Source: a virus | DNA length: 64,000 bases | IMG/VR virus record: IMGVR_UViG_3300037585_001448 | Coordinates: 1 to 64,000 of that record | Strand: one strand, 5' to 3' | Program-made: the position numbers and the translations under genes | The notes under the pieces: model-generated | Seen by the model: only the letters and a program-made list of their open reading frames with translations | What the model was told of the DNA's origin: nothing | Database searches by the model: none | In this document: piece by piece, positions 1 to 10,013 of the stretch | Layout of the letters: each line of letters opens with the position of its first letter | Numbering within the stretch: position 1 is the first letter of the stretch

Positions 1-216
1 TATCGCCGTTGAACTGGACATCCACATAGTCGTACCAGTTGCTTGTACCCAGCGAGGAGCGGGCCGAGATGGTCAAATACAGGTGGTCGTAGGACGACGG
101 GATGGTTGCCGAAGTCCATGACGCTGCTGCGCCAGTGAGTTCTTCGTGGTCGATAACAGTGAAAGCAGCCATCAGGAACTATTCAATCCGTAGAGGGTGA
201 ACTCAGAACCACGCAG
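1..216 (+). repeat. Direct repeat copy 1 (exact over 1-127, mismatches at 128 and 134)
   Basis: Matches 37807-38022 by direct reading. Confidence 0.95.
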
Positions 217-678
217 CGAGTTGTAAGAACCGTCAAGCGTGATGGTGTGAACCGCAGCGGTGGCATCCCACAAACCAGAGTGGACAAATAAATCGGCACC
301 AGTAGCGATCTTGGCTCCCGAAATAAACTGGCAAGTTGTGTTCTTGTTCGTGTTGGCATAGTCCAAGATGTCGGCTACGACAACGCCATAGTCGGCGGCT
401 GTTGAATCTCCACCCGTACCTTCCACACCCATAAGACCCGCCAAACCGCTCCAACCGCCTGCCGATACCGAACTAGCAGCCCCCAATATTCGGTGACTGG
501 TGTAGTTGGTACCTGTATCGCCATTGAATACAAGGGTGACGGAAGCGCGGTTGCTGGCTGATGTTCTGATGGAGCATCGCAGTTGCAGATGCTCATACGT
601 CGCAGGAATAGACGAGAACGTCACCGTCGCAGCATCAGCCTCCAAATACGTTGTGGAGATTGCTTCGATCACAGCCAT
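172..678 (-). CDS. Tail-tip/receptor-binding beta-rich protein (cassette gene 4, phage A)
   Basis: Motifs TFSSIPxTY, FNGDTGxNY, DYANTNK, GLW, FTLYG. Paralogue of 37978-38493. Confidence 0.6.
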   Translation of the reverse strand: MAVIEAISTTYLEADAATVTFSSIPATYEHLQLRCSIRTSASNRASVTLVFNGDTGTNYTSHRILGAASSVSAGGWSGLAGLMGVEGTGGDSTAADYGVVVADILDYANTNKNTTCQFISGAKIATGADLFVHSGLWDATAAVHTITLDGSYNSLRGSEFTLYGLNSS

Positions 679-1265
679 CAGGCCACCATCCTTGGCAAGA
701 TCCCGAACAGGGAAACCTGACTGCCAGCCAGCATGTTCTCCCCGTAAACCTCAAATACGTCGATCTCTGAGATCGGCGCCTGATTCCTCCAAGTAACAGC
801 CTCCAACCGAACCCGACCCGAACCGTCCATGTCCTCCGCAAGTTGGGCTATGGACGATGTGTATTTGCCACTGTTGATGTCGAAGATGCTGCACACCCCC
901 GATGCGAAAATGTTTGCCGTCACATTGTTGTTCGGAATGAAACCAAGGAACGTGTAGGTCGGCCCAGACGACTCCCCTGCACTGGCGCTGCTGCCATCTC
1001 CTGTGAGGAACTGCTGCCCGTAAATGGCACCAGAGTTGTTGTTGTACCGCATACCTAGATAGCCCTCGCCCGTAGCCGCTTTTGCGCTGCGGGCATACCA
1101 GACGACCATCAAATCCATGTATTGGGAGAAGTCCCCGACCTGCCCGTCGTCGGTTGAGGTGAACGTGATCGTGGCCGTATCCGACCCGAGTGTCGTCGTG
1201 CCGAGGCCGACCCATGCCTCACCGTCAGTGAGAACACCATCAACGATGTATGCGGGGTCAGCCAT
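678..1265 (-). CDS. Tail-tip/receptor-binding protein (cassette gene 3, phage A)
   Basis: Paralogue of 38493-39080, with identical N-terminus MADPAYIVDGVLTDGEAWV. Confidence 0.6.
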   Translation of the reverse strand: MADPAYIVDGVLTDGEAWVGLGTTTLGSDTATITFTSTDDGQVGDFSQYMDLMVVWYARSAKAATGEGYLGMRYNNNSGAIYGQQFLTGDGSSASAGESSGPTYTFLGFIPNNNVTANIFASGVCSIFDINSGKYTSSIAQLAEDMDGSGRVRLEAVTWRNQAPISEIDVFEVYGENMLAGSQVSLFGILPRMVA

Positions 1266-2236
1266 TATGCGACCGCGTATCTGATGATGACAATGCCCGC
1301 AGCACCGTCCTTGCCCGTTGCCACGACGCCTGAGTCAGAACCATTGCCGCCGCCGCCTGAACCCGAGTTTACGACACCGCCAGTCGGCAACCCAGCCGAA
1401 CCAGTACCACCTCCACCCGTACCTCCCGCTGCCCAAGTACCCCCTGCAGCGCCGCCGCCACCAGCGTAAACAGCGGTCGTGTGACCTGACGAGTTCCCGA
1501 TCCCGATGTAGGTGGCCCCGTTACCGCCTTCGCCACCGTGAGCGGCACCCCTCGCTTGGGCGTCTTGTCCAGCGGCACCCGCGCCGCCACCGCCGCCGCC
1601 TGCACGGGTGCTAGCATCATTTTCGGAACCGTCACCGCCAGCGTTTCCTGTGCCTACACCCGATGCCAGACCGCCAGTCGAACCGCCTGACACGGTGCCA
1701 CCGCCACCACCTGAACCACCCGCTGGGACGGTGCCTCCGACGGTGCCTCCACCGCCGCCACCGCCACCACCGTCACCTGTAGCGCCGAAAGCCGTTGAAT
1801 CGGTGCCAGAGCCGCCATTCGCTGCGCTGGCTGCTGCACCGCCTGTCCCGACGACAATCGTGTACGTCCCAGCACTCACAGCGAACGCCCCGCTCGTCAC
1901 GGTTGATCCAGCACCCCCACCGCCAGCCATCCCATACGCAGTAGCGGTCTTGCCACCGCCAGCACCCCCGCCTGCGACTACGAGATACTCCACATCAGCC
2001 GCACCGCTGGCAACATAGAACTTGCCTGAACCACGGAACGTATGAACCCTGTAGGTGGTCCCCGAGTCGACGTACTGGGTGATGATCCCACCAAACGCCG
2101 TCAAACCAGCAGCACCGAACAGGCCGCCATTCAGCCAGGTAGACGTAGCCGTCGAAGGCCACGCCTTAGGCGTACTCCTGTTCCCCCGCCAGTTGGAAAC
2201 AGCGGTAGACGGGTTGGTGCGATCCTGACGAAACAT
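1265..2236 (-). CDS. Glycine-rich domain tail fibre/receptor-binding protein (cassette gene 2, phage A)
   Basis: YRVHTF..YLVVAGGG..GGGG runs..GIVIIRY, typical of phage Gly-rich tail proteins. Confidence 0.7.
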   Translation of the reverse strand: MFRQDRTNPSTAVSNWRGNRSTPKAWPSTATSTWLNGGLFGAAGLTAFGGIITQYVDSGTTYRVHTFRGSGKFYVASGAADVEYLVVAGGGAGGGKTATAYGMAGGGGAGSTVTSGAFAVSAGTYTIVVGTGGAAASAANGGSGTDSTAFGATGDGGGGGGGGGTVGGTVPAGGSGGGGGTVSGGSTGGLASGVGTGNAGGDGSENDASTRAGGGGGGAGAAGQDAQARGAAHGGEGGNGATYIGIGNSSGHTTAVYAGGGGAAGGTWAAGGTGGGGTGSAGLPTGGVVNSGSGGGGNGSDSGVVATGKDGAAGIVIIRYAVA

Positions 2237-2239
2237 TTA

Positions 2240-2593
2240 TCAGGCAGTAATACGGTTGACGTACCCGTTTATCATCACCACATTCGCCGCAGCGGCAAAC
2301 GCCTTGATGACAAGACCGTTCTGCAACAGCAGACCCGGACACACAAGCACCCACCCTGCCTCAGCAGCAATGGTGACCTCTGTCAGATCGTCGGGTGAAG
2401 TAACGCCGCCGTATTCGATGGTTAGTTTCCTGTCCGTCGAATCGGTGTTGCAGGCGTACAGCCATACTTCGTCCAGATCAGATGTGCCTGCGACAGCGGT
2501 ATGGATGGTTGTTCCTGCCGTGGCGGTGGGTACAACCTTGATGTTCTTGCCTGTCGTGCCACCAGACAGTTTGACCTTTGAGTATGTTGCCAT
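2240..2593 (-). CDS. Tail fibre adaptor/structural protein (cassette gene 1, phage A)
   Basis: Paralogue of 40049-40414 (DEVWLYA..GYVNRITA). Confidence 0.6.
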   Translation of the reverse strand: MATYSKVKLSGGTTGKNIKVVPTATAGTTIHTAVAGTSDLDEVWLYACNTDSTDRKLTIEYGGVTSPDDLTEVTIAAEAGWVLVCPGLLLQNGLVIKAFAAAANVVMINGYVNRITA

Positions 2594-2602
2594 TATCTTT
2601 CC

Positions 2603-2977
2603 TTAATTGAAGACAGTGTTGGATAGAATATCGTTGGCGTTGCCGTCGCCCTGAAGGGAGACAGTTCCCGTAGCATCAGGGAGAGTAATCGTCCGATCCG
2701 CAGTCGGATCAGTAACATTGATGTCAGTCTCGTATGCGTTAGCGGTTGAACCCTCAAACTTGATAACAGGATTCGACCCGTCGATCTTGATACCAGCAGC
2801 AAACGTCGCCAACTCCGAAACAGACAACGTGCCCTGAACGGTCGTCAACGAACCCGACGCAGAAAGAAACGGTGTCCCAGTAGCCCACGAAACAACATCC
2901 GTGAAGTTAGTGTTCATCTGGGACGCCACAATCGATGTGCCAGCACTGAACGAATTCGTGACGTTCAAAGCAGCCAT
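2603..2977 (-). CDS. Short tail fibre stem protein
   Basis: N-terminal NSFSAGTSIVASQMNTNF anchor and DPTADRTITLPDATGT fibre motif. ATG overlaps the upstream stop. Confidence 0.6.
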   Translation of the reverse strand: MAALNVTNSFSAGTSIVASQMNTNFTDVVSWATGTPFLSASGSLTTVQGTLSVSELATFAAGIKIDGSNPVIKFEGSTANAYETDINVTDPTADRTITLPDATGTVSLQGDGNANDILSNTVFN

Positions 2978-4668
2978 TAACGGATTCTCCTTGTCCTGTA
3001 CATAGCCACAGCGGAAGTTAGGCCCCATGTCCCTCGGTTGCCAATGGCAGGAGAAACACTGAACCTTAAACTAATAGCCTTGGCTGTCCCAGCCGTCGGC
3101 CAACGGAAGAACTTGTAAATGTTCGATGTGCCCCCCGCAGCCCACTCATCCACATCCCACTTGGCCGTATCCCACAGTGCCGTAGTCGTCACACCAACGA
3201 TAGATTGGCTCTGCGACACCGCCTCCGTACTCAAATCGTAATCCTTATAGATGCCCATACGGACAGTCAACGTGTTGTCCGCCAACATGACCGTGCGCGT
3301 CTTACCCCAACGCTTAGTAAACGTGGGTCGATTACCAATAAACCAGCCCGTCTGATAGAACGACTGGATCTCCGTACCTGTCGTCCCGTCATAATCGTCA
3401 ACGTCTTCGTCAACGTCCACTTTGGAAACACGGGTAAAAGCCGCCGTAGCATCCACCACCGAAGTCACAGCCAACCCCAAATGAGCGGCACCCGTCGGAC
3501 GGTACGCCAACAAAGAACGGGCATTAATGTCGTACCGTGCCCAAGCGCCCGACTGCCCCAACGACGGATCCCACATAAACGTATTGCGCCTGTTTGCCTG
3601 ATCCGACCCGGCCAGATTGTCACCCGACTGATAGTCCACAGACAGCCACAGTTTCTCATCAAACCACATCATAGACGGGGCTGTACCCAACGTCAGCGTC
3701 GACCCGTCATCCAACGCAGGCTTGAGGCGTTCAAACGCCCACGCCAAATCATCGTAAGACAACAAGTAGACGCCGTCTTCGGCATACCAGAAAAAGATTC
3801 CCACCGTTGAAGCGATAGGGCTGGTTCCGTTGCGGCATCCTGCCGCACGGGTAATGTTCCGAACCTCAAACGAGTCCCTGCTGAACCCGTAGATGGCGTA
3901 CACGCTGTTCTGCTTGAATACCAGTAGACGATCAGCGTCGGGGATAATGGCCGTTATGAAGTCGCCATCTTCGCCGATATCGATGTCGATGAAGTCGGTG
4001 GCTGTCCAGTTCTCCGCATCGTTCACCTCAGAAAACCTGACACGGTTTTTGTATGCCGTCCCCGACTCCGTTGTGTAGGCCACCCACACGAACTGTCCCC
4101 ATGTGGCAAGATAGCGTGCCGCTGGAAAGTGGCCGTCCGAAGCGTCAATGTCCGGCGTCAACGTGGTCGCATTGTTCGATCCAGACCATCTGACCGCCGA
4201 CTTGGTGCCTTCGCTACTCAGCAGGCTCCCGTTGGAAAGGTAAGTGTATTCGTTGAACGTGACACTGGCTGGAGGCTGAACCCCAGCGAATACGACCGTC
4301 CCAGCCGCCGAGGCGACCGCCGTGCCCCCAAAGTTCCCCGATGCCCCGTTGTTCCAGTACAACTTGGAGTTGCCGCTGTCTTTAACGGAAGCCAAAATCT
4401 GGTTAACGGAAGCGTCAGAATGCTGGTAGATGCCGTAAATCTGATCGGCTAAAGCAGTCCCGTTCAAAGCGTCAATGGCGTTGCGGCGCGACACGCCGCC
4501 ACGCGGATCAACGTCCACGTTCAGCAACGCCGGGGACTCGCTTGGGGCCAGATTGAACTGGTCTGCCCTGAGGTTCAAACCGCCCGTAAAATCGGCACGT
4601 TCGTCGTAACGGTACGGTTCAGCGTACCCCGTGTTTCTAAAACCAGCGGCGGGGAGGGTGAAAGCCAC
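2977..4668 (-). CDS. Tail tubular protein B / stabilisation (P22 gp10-like beta-propeller)
   Basis: DFTGGLN N-terminal motif, beta-propeller-like repeats, position after the adaptor gene. Confidence 0.7.
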   Translation of the reverse strand: MAFTLPAAGFRNTGYAEPYRYDERADFTGGLNLRADQFNLAPSESPALLNVDVDPRGGVSRRNAIDALNGTALADQIYGIYQHSDASVNQILASVKDSGNSKLYWNNGASGNFGGTAVASAAGTVVFAGVQPPASVTFNEYTYLSNGSLLSSEGTKSAVRWSGSNNATTLTPDIDASDGHFPAARYLATWGQFVWVAYTTESGTAYKNRVRFSEVNDAENWTATDFIDIDIGEDGDFITAIIPDADRLLVFKQNSVYAIYGFSRDSFEVRNITRAAGCRNGTSPIASTVGIFFWYAEDGVYLLSYDDLAWAFERLKPALDDGSTLTLGTAPSMMWFDEKLWLSVDYQSGDNLAGSDQANRRNTFMWDPSLGQSGAWARYDINARSLLAYRPTGAAHLGLAVTSVVDATAAFTRVSKVDVDEDVDDYDGTTGTEIQSFYQTGWFIGNRPTFTKRWGKTRTVMLADNTLTVRMGIYKDYDLSTEAVSQSQSIVGVTTTALWDTAKWDVDEWAAGGTSNIYKFFRWPTAGTAKAISLRFSVSPAIGNRGTWGLTSAVAMYRTRRIR

Positions 4669-4670
4669 CG

Positions 4671-5468
4671 CTACTCCCACGAATAGCGTAGACGGGCAGG
4701 CAGGAACGTTTGTGACCGCCAACGTGAAGCGTTGTTCGAATTGAGCAGCAGTGGTTGTGGGGCAGGCGAGTCTTCAAACCGTGCCCGCAAGTTTTCCAGT
4801 TCTCCTTGGAACAGGGCAAAGTATTGGTTGCCCATTCCGGAGTCTTCCTGCTGCTGATATGCCCGATATGTCACATACAACGTAAGAACGTTGTCGAAAG
4901 GATTGGGCCAATCGGGGGTGTCTGCGTCCGCTATACCAGCGCGATAGATGGCAGAGTTGCCGCCGAAATCGATGGCGTTACGGTATCCGCGGGCGTAAAC
5001 AGTGATTGCTTCCGAAGGGGTGGGGTACAGTCTGATCTGTAACGCGCCGCCCTGATTTCCCCACATGGACCAGTACCACGGGTCACCCGTCGTGTTGGCG
5101 TTGAGCGGGTAGACGATGTCGCCAGCGTCTCGTCCAATAAACTCCAACACATGGTCGTCGGTTCGCAGGGCCGCTACTTCCCGTATCCCCGGCGTTTTCG
5201 GGGCGGAAGCCCCGGAGAACGTTACTGCGTCGTGGACGAGTTGAACGCCTGTGGACGCATTCGATCCCACATCGGCTAACGAATAGTCCTTTGTGGAAGC
5301 AACGGTGTCGAAGGTTACACCCACCTCGTAGAACGGCCACCGTTTTTCCGAATATACAACGAGGTTGTAGCCCTCCCTGATGAACGTATTCAGGACGGAG
5401 TCAGAAATGTCTGTTGAATCGATGTCAACTACGTTGCGGACATAGTCACGCATTTCGCTTAGTTGCAC
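4671..5468 (-). CDS. Head-tail adaptor / tail tubular protein A
   Basis: Helical N-terminus, WPF and IRLYPTP motifs, located downstream of the capsid gene. Confidence 0.65.
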   Translation of the reverse strand: MQLSEMRDYVRNVVDIDSTDISDSVLNTFIREGYNLVVYSEKRWPFYEVGVTFDTVASTKDYSLADVGSNASTGVQLVHDAVTFSGASAPKTPGIREVAALRTDDHVLEFIGRDAGDIVYPLNANTTGDPWYWSMWGNQGGALQIRLYPTPSEAITVYARGYRNAIDFGGNSAIYRAGIADADTPDWPNPFDNVLTLYVTYRAYQQQEDSGMGNQYFALFQGELENLRARFEDSPAPQPLLLNSNNASRWRSQTFLPARLRYSWE

Positions 5469-5477
5469 AAAACGGCC

Positions 5478-5735
5478 TTACGTCGTGTGGAAAACGCAGG
5501 TGTCTGTGTCCCCGATCGGGCGCCCCTTGCAGGGGTTTCCGTTCTTAGTGGTGACGACACAGATCGGAGAAGGCGCCGCCACGGGAGGTTCATGGGTGGG
5601 GGTGGGGTTCACGCGTTGCACACGCCTGCCCTGCCCAATGGGGGGGCTTGCGGGGTTGAGCGTCTTATAGTTTCCCGCAGGTTCACCTGCAGGGCGCTGA
5701 CCCTGTTTGTATGCGTATGCGAAACCCCGTGCCAT
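5478..5735 (-). CDS. Small protein with C-terminal Cys/His Zn-binding motif
   Basis: CxxxTKxGxPCK..CxxH motif; GGAGG RBS. Confidence 0.55.
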   Translation of the reverse strand: MARGFAYAYKQGQRPAGEPAGNYKTLNPASPPIGQGRRVQRVNPTPTHEPPVAAPSPICVVTTKNGNPCKGRPIGDTDTCVFHTT

Positions 5736-5759
5736 GATACCTCCCGTAGCGGCAGCCGA

Positions 5760-6701
5760 CTAGCCGTTGGTGATGCCGTGCAAACGTCCCTGACGGGCGC
5801 GGTTGCTGACGGTCAACTGGCCATAGCAAAGCAACTGTGAGAACACAGCGTCCTGATTCGTTGGACGCACGAACGGCGTCGGCTTGAACCAGACATCACT
5901 ATGGGCCACCAACTGGAGGTACTTCGTGTTGAGGAAGTACATTTCGTTGGCAGGGCACGAATCATCAAACGTGATGGGTGCGCCCTTGAACAGCAGGTTC
6001 TGGAACCCGCCATCAGCCATGTCGGTATCCGTGTAACGGATCTGGTCAACCAGCAATGCCTCATAGGCTTCGTAACTCTGCCTACGGCCCATGATGATTG
6101 TCGGCTGGTCGTTGCCAACCGAAATGGTGTTGTACATGGAAGCCATGCCAGCCTGCGTAAGCACGCCGCCAAGGTTGGTCTGGGTTGGTCCCCAGAACGA
6201 GTTGCCAGCAGCGCCGGGGTTGATACCACCCACGGTGCTTCCAGAAACAAGGCTCTGAATGCCCTCCCAATCCTTGCCACCGTTGCCTGAGCCGTCAGCC
6301 CAGAACATGGTGTTCATGTTTTCGATAACGGATTCCTGCGTCTGGAAAATCTTGCCTTCCAGCAGATCAATGATCTGTGCCTCACCGTTATTCTTGGCTT
6401 CCTCAATACCGCTGATGGTAACGGTGGCAGCGTACTGGCCCCATGAATACTCAGCGGCCGAAATGCCTGTCTGAGCCGTCACGGAAATAGTATCTGTGCC
6501 GCTGTATGAACCAGCAGTTGAGTTTGTCCCATAAATGATTGGGACTACGATATTCGCACCACCCGAAATGCGCCGAATCGTCTGACCGTTCGTCAGGGCA
6601 TAGAACAAAGGCCTAGCCGAGAAGATGTTGTCAGTAAGTTTCGGGACATAGTTTTTAAGGGTGGTAGACAGAATCTCGTCAAAATCAGCGTTACCCGCCA
6701 T
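5760..6701 (-). CDS. Major capsid protein (HK97 fold), phage A
   Basis: 313 aa, follows the scaffold gene; VGGIN and MYFLNTKYL-type motifs. Confidence 0.85.
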   Translation of the reverse strand: MAGNADFDEILSTTLKNYVPKLTDNIFSARPLFYALTNGQTIRRISGGANIVVPIIYGTNSTAGSYSGTDTISVTAQTGISAAEYSWGQYAATVTISGIEEAKNNGEAQIIDLLEGKIFQTQESVIENMNTMFWADGSGNGGKDWEGIQSLVSGSTVGGINPGAAGNSFWGPTQTNLGGVLTQAGMASMYNTISVGNDQPTIIMGRRQSYEAYEALLVDQIRYTDTDMADGGFQNLLFKGAPITFDDSCPANEMYFLNTKYLQLVAHSDVWFKPTPFVRPTNQDAVFSQLLCYGQLTVSNRARQGRLHGITNG

Positions 6702-6723
6702 GGTCTGTCACCTCGCTTTTCTG

Positions 6724-7455
6724 TTACGAAGCAAGTTCCCGCTTGGCGCTTTCAAACGCCTCACGGATGGAAGAAACCTTTGCTGGAGCAGCCTGAGAGG
6801 AACCCGCTTGCTTCGACCCCGAAGGGGTCACCACACTCGCATCCCGTTTCGCCTCCGTACGCTCCTGCTCTTTCTCCAACTTCTGCGCCCGCCGCGACAC
6901 ATCGTCATAACGCATATGTGTCAATGCCGCCTCAAGATTCGTAATCTTGTTGGCTAACGCATGTTGGAAAAGATCCTGAGCGTCGAAATCGCCGTACTGC
7001 CCTTTCAAGTTTTCGACTTGCTTCTCTACCTGTTGTCGTCTGTGAACGCGGTCCTGTGCCGCCAACTTCTGCTCCAGTCCACGAATACGATCTTCGGTAG
7101 GGTCAGGGGTTTCATCACCCCATGCCGCACCGTAGGGATCAACCTCAGCCGCCTTGGGCGCCTGCCTAGTCGAAACCCCGAACGCATCCGCCAACGCTGA
7201 CATCGTCCCTTCCGGGTCCGATTCCAACGAAGTGACTATCGCTTCGGCTTGCTGCAACCTTTTGCGTTCGGATGCCAGTTCCTGCGTCTTACGGGTGTAA
7301 TCCGACTGTCGCTGGTATCCATCCCGAAGTTCCTCAAGGCTGACCTGCTCTTCTAAACCATCCACCTTCACGGTGTACGATTCAGCAGGTTCCTCCGAAA
7401 CCCCAACCGAAGAATCCGGACTATCCACCTCGGTGGGTTCCGTTGCATCTTCCAT
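6724..7455 (-). CDS. Capsid scaffolding protein
   Basis: YTVKVDGxEEQVSLEELRDGYQRQSDYTRKTQELA signature; AGGAGG RBS before ATG 7455. Confidence 0.85.
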   Translation of the reverse strand: MEDATEPTEVDSPDSSVGVSEEPAESYTVKVDGLEEQVSLEELRDGYQRQSDYTRKTQELASERKRLQQAEAIVTSLESDPEGTMSALADAFGVSTRQAPKAAEVDPYGAAWGDETPDPTEDRIRGLEQKLAAQDRVHRRQQVEKQVENLKGQYGDFDAQDLFQHALANKITNLEAALTHMRYDDVSRRAQKLEKEQERTEAKRDASVVTPSGSKQAGSSQAAPAKVSSIREAFESAKRELAS

Positions 7456-7527
7456 TTTATTGCCTCCTGAGAGTTCGCCTATTGAGCGACTGCTCTCTTC
7501 TACTAGGGACACTCTGTCCCAATCGAT

Positions 7528-9393
7528 CTATAGACTTCCCAAGTCCACGCCCATCTGATTCTGCAACTGCGTTACCAACTCGGGCGGAACACCGCTAGTC
7601 TCTGCAAAGGCATCTTCAGGGGGCATCATCGGCAGGCCCGCTGCGCCGGGTGGACCCGGCGGCGGACCACCGCCGCCTTCCGGCATCATCGGGGCCTGCT
7701 GCATCAGGAACTTGTCGGGGTCCTTGATGTCGAAACCGCGTTGGAGTACATGCCTCGCAAGCGCTGTCGGATCAATCACGGTCCCCACCAGCGGGGCCAT
7801 GGCGTTCAACAACGAAACGGCCTGCTGTTTACGGATGGTGTCATTGGTGGGCTGCGTAGAACCGCCCTCCACGGAATAATCGTACTCCCCGATGATATCG
7901 TCCCGGGTGTACGTCACAAAAAGGTTCTCGCCGCCACGACCCACCACACGGGCGACCTGCTCACCAGTCATGAACTGTTGCATCAACTGGATGATGCGAC
8001 GGGCGACATGTCCAATCCCCAATTCGACAATCGCCAACTTGTCCGCAGCACGGGCATTGCCAGCATCAGCGATGATACTCGCCTCAGTTGCGGTACGCCG
8101 AATCTCAGGGAACTGCCCCCGTGCATACTCCGACACACCCGAAACAGTGTAAATGTCCTCTTGAATAATTGAAGACATATTGTACACTTCGGGCGAAAGA
8201 GGGGTTTGCGGCATCGGAACCACAACCTCCGACAAAGGCTTGTTCTCGTCCACCACAGGGACCAGCCGACCATCCTGATCCGATTCCAAAGCCTCGCGGC
8301 CCTCTGGGCCGAACGAACGCTCATGATACAGGTACTTTCGTGCATACCGTTTCCGGGCATTCATCATCTGGGAACGAGTCTTGTTCAACTCCGTCTGCAA
8401 AGACTCAAGTGCTTCCAGATCACCTATCGGGTAGAAATAGTCCGGAACGTCATAGTTCCGCAACATCACAAACGGCTGCCCGTACGCATACGGCATGGGG
8501 ATCGGATCCACCAAGAACTCGTCGCCAGTCATGGACGATACCGACATCGTATTATTAGTGATGTCGTAGTATTCGTATATCGCCACCCGCTCCTCTTCCA
8601 ACAGGAACTGCTCTTGTTCCTGACGGTTACCAGATTCATACATCGGGTACAGCATGGCGTCTGCGGTTAGTGACTTGCGAACCGACGGCTTATAGTTCTT
8701 ATCCGTCTTGGCATCCTCTAGGCGTCGGATAACCCGCTGAGCGATCCACTTCGCATCAGCCATGCAGGTCGCTTCCGGATCGACAAACATGTCGAACGGA
8801 GAAATCCTCTCCAGAAACGGCTGATCCTCCACAACCATCATGCTGGTCTGGGGAATCATAGCCAGCAACTCTTCATCGCTAGGTAAACCGCCAGCCAACT
8901 CCGGGTTTTCCATCCCGTACAAGTCCGCCTCAAACAAGGCGTCCTCCCCCATTTCCTGACGTTCCACATCCCCCAAAGACCGCTCCTGCTCCACAAAGTT
9001 CCAACCAACCTTCAGCCACCCGTGGCCGAAAATCAGAAAGTCCTTCACGGTGCGGCGAAACGGATTGCGAAAATCGTGATGCCGCCACATGTAATTGATG
9101 ACAGCCTCAACAAACGTGGCCCTGTCACCATCCCCCGGCAACGTCGGAGATACCACAATCTTCGGATGATTCACCGACACCGACGGCGCAATAACATTTA
9201 CCGTACTAAACGCCAGATTGACAGCAATCAAATCTTCCGTACTGGCGGTTGTACGCGGCCAATGCTTGCCACGGTACAAATCGTTCATGCGACGCCACAG
9301 ACTGTCATAGCCCATATCGTCACGCCAACGCCCAGACGACCTCAGACGGCGCTGGACAATCTCATGCTGCTCAGCCCGCGTCTTACGCGCCAT
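7528..9393 (-). CDS. Portal protein (P22-like)
   Basis: 621 aa between terminase and scaffold; GxGWLKVGW, ISPFDMFVDP and RTATEA motifs. Confidence 0.85.
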   Translation of the reverse strand: MARKTRAEQHEIVQRRLRSSGRWRDDMGYDSLWRRMNDLYRGKHWPRTTASTEDLIAVNLAFSTVNVIAPSVSVNHPKIVVSPTLPGDGDRATFVEAVINYMWRHHDFRNPFRRTVKDFLIFGHGWLKVGWNFVEQERSLGDVERQEMGEDALFEADLYGMENPELAGGLPSDEELLAMIPQTSMMVVEDQPFLERISPFDMFVDPEATCMADAKWIAQRVIRRLEDAKTDKNYKPSVRKSLTADAMLYPMYESGNRQEQEQFLLEEERVAIYEYYDITNNTMSVSSMTGDEFLVDPIPMPYAYGQPFVMLRNYDVPDYFYPIGDLEALESLQTELNKTRSQMMNARKRYARKYLYHERSFGPEGREALESDQDGRLVPVVDENKPLSEVVVPMPQTPLSPEVYNMSSIIQEDIYTVSGVSEYARGQFPEIRRTATEASIIADAGNARAADKLAIVELGIGHVARRIIQLMQQFMTGEQVARVVGRGGENLFVTYTRDDIIGEYDYSVEGGSTQPTNDTIRKQQAVSLLNAMAPLVGTVIDPTALARHVLQRGFDIKDPDKFLMQQAPMMPEGGGGPPPGPPGAAGLPMMPPEDAFAETSGVPPELVTQLQNQMGVDLGSL

Positions 9394-9665
9394 TAGAAGT
9401 ACGCCTTATCCGGCAGGCGTTCGATGTTTCGACCCGCCGCCTTCGCTTCCATCGCCGCCTTCTGGCCGCGTTCTTCCCTGCTTAGATGCTGCTCTTCGGG
9501 AGGCAACTGGGATCGGAAACCCCGCCCAGTTGCGAACTTGACGCCAAGTAGTTTCTGACGACGTTCCCATAACTCATCCAACTCGGCGCAGGCCAACGGC
9601 CCACGCAGGCCCACGGTATAATCGCAGAACTCCGCGTAGGACGCCTCCCGGGGGAGGATCGCCAC
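9393..9665 (-). CDS. Hypothetical protein
   Basis: Co-oriented and coupled to the portal gene. Confidence 0.55.
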   Translation of the reverse strand: MAILPREASYAEFCDYTVGLRGPLACAELDELWERRQKLLGVKFATGRGFRSQLPPEEQHLSREERGQKAAMEAKAAGRNIERLPDKAYF

Positions 9666-9667
9666 AG

Positions 9668-9973
9668 TTACGGGCGCTTAGTGTGCGGCGCAGCGTTATG
9701 GCCCTTCAGGTCCGGCTGAGGCTTCGACGGCTCAACCTTGCCCGTCGGCCCATGCTGATTGAACGGTGTCTCACGGACACTGACTTCCCCGTAGCCGCCA
9801 GTCTGACTGGCGTACTTCGGAGCATCAAACCGCTGCTCCGGAGAGTTCGGCGCGGCAGGCTCCCAAATCGGGTTAGCCACCACGGAACCACCACGTTCCA
9901 TCTTGTTGTTCTGACCGTTCGGTCCATCAATTGTCACAGTGCCGTTCGTGTGCGACACAAAATTCTTAGCCAC
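9668..9973 (-). CDS. Hypothetical protein
   Basis: GGAGG RBS; in the late operon. Confidence 0.55.
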   Translation of the reverse strand: MAKNFVSHTNGTVTIDGPNGQNNKMERGGSVVANPIWEPAAPNSPEQRFDAPKYASQTGGYGEVSVRETPFNQHGPTGKVEPSKPQPDLKGHNAAPHTKRP

Positions 9974-10013
9974 AAAGACCTCCAAGTCTTAATAAAGCCT
10001 CTACAGGAACTGG

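Noticed and set aside
1-127. attL/attR prophage attachment repeat
   Set aside because: The repeat lies inside a tail gene; there is no integrase and no host genes, and its length equals a common assembler k-mer.
172-2236. Diversity-generating retroelement as the cause of the paralogous tail cassettes
   Set aside because: No reverse transcriptase seen; the differences include indels and are not adenine-specific.
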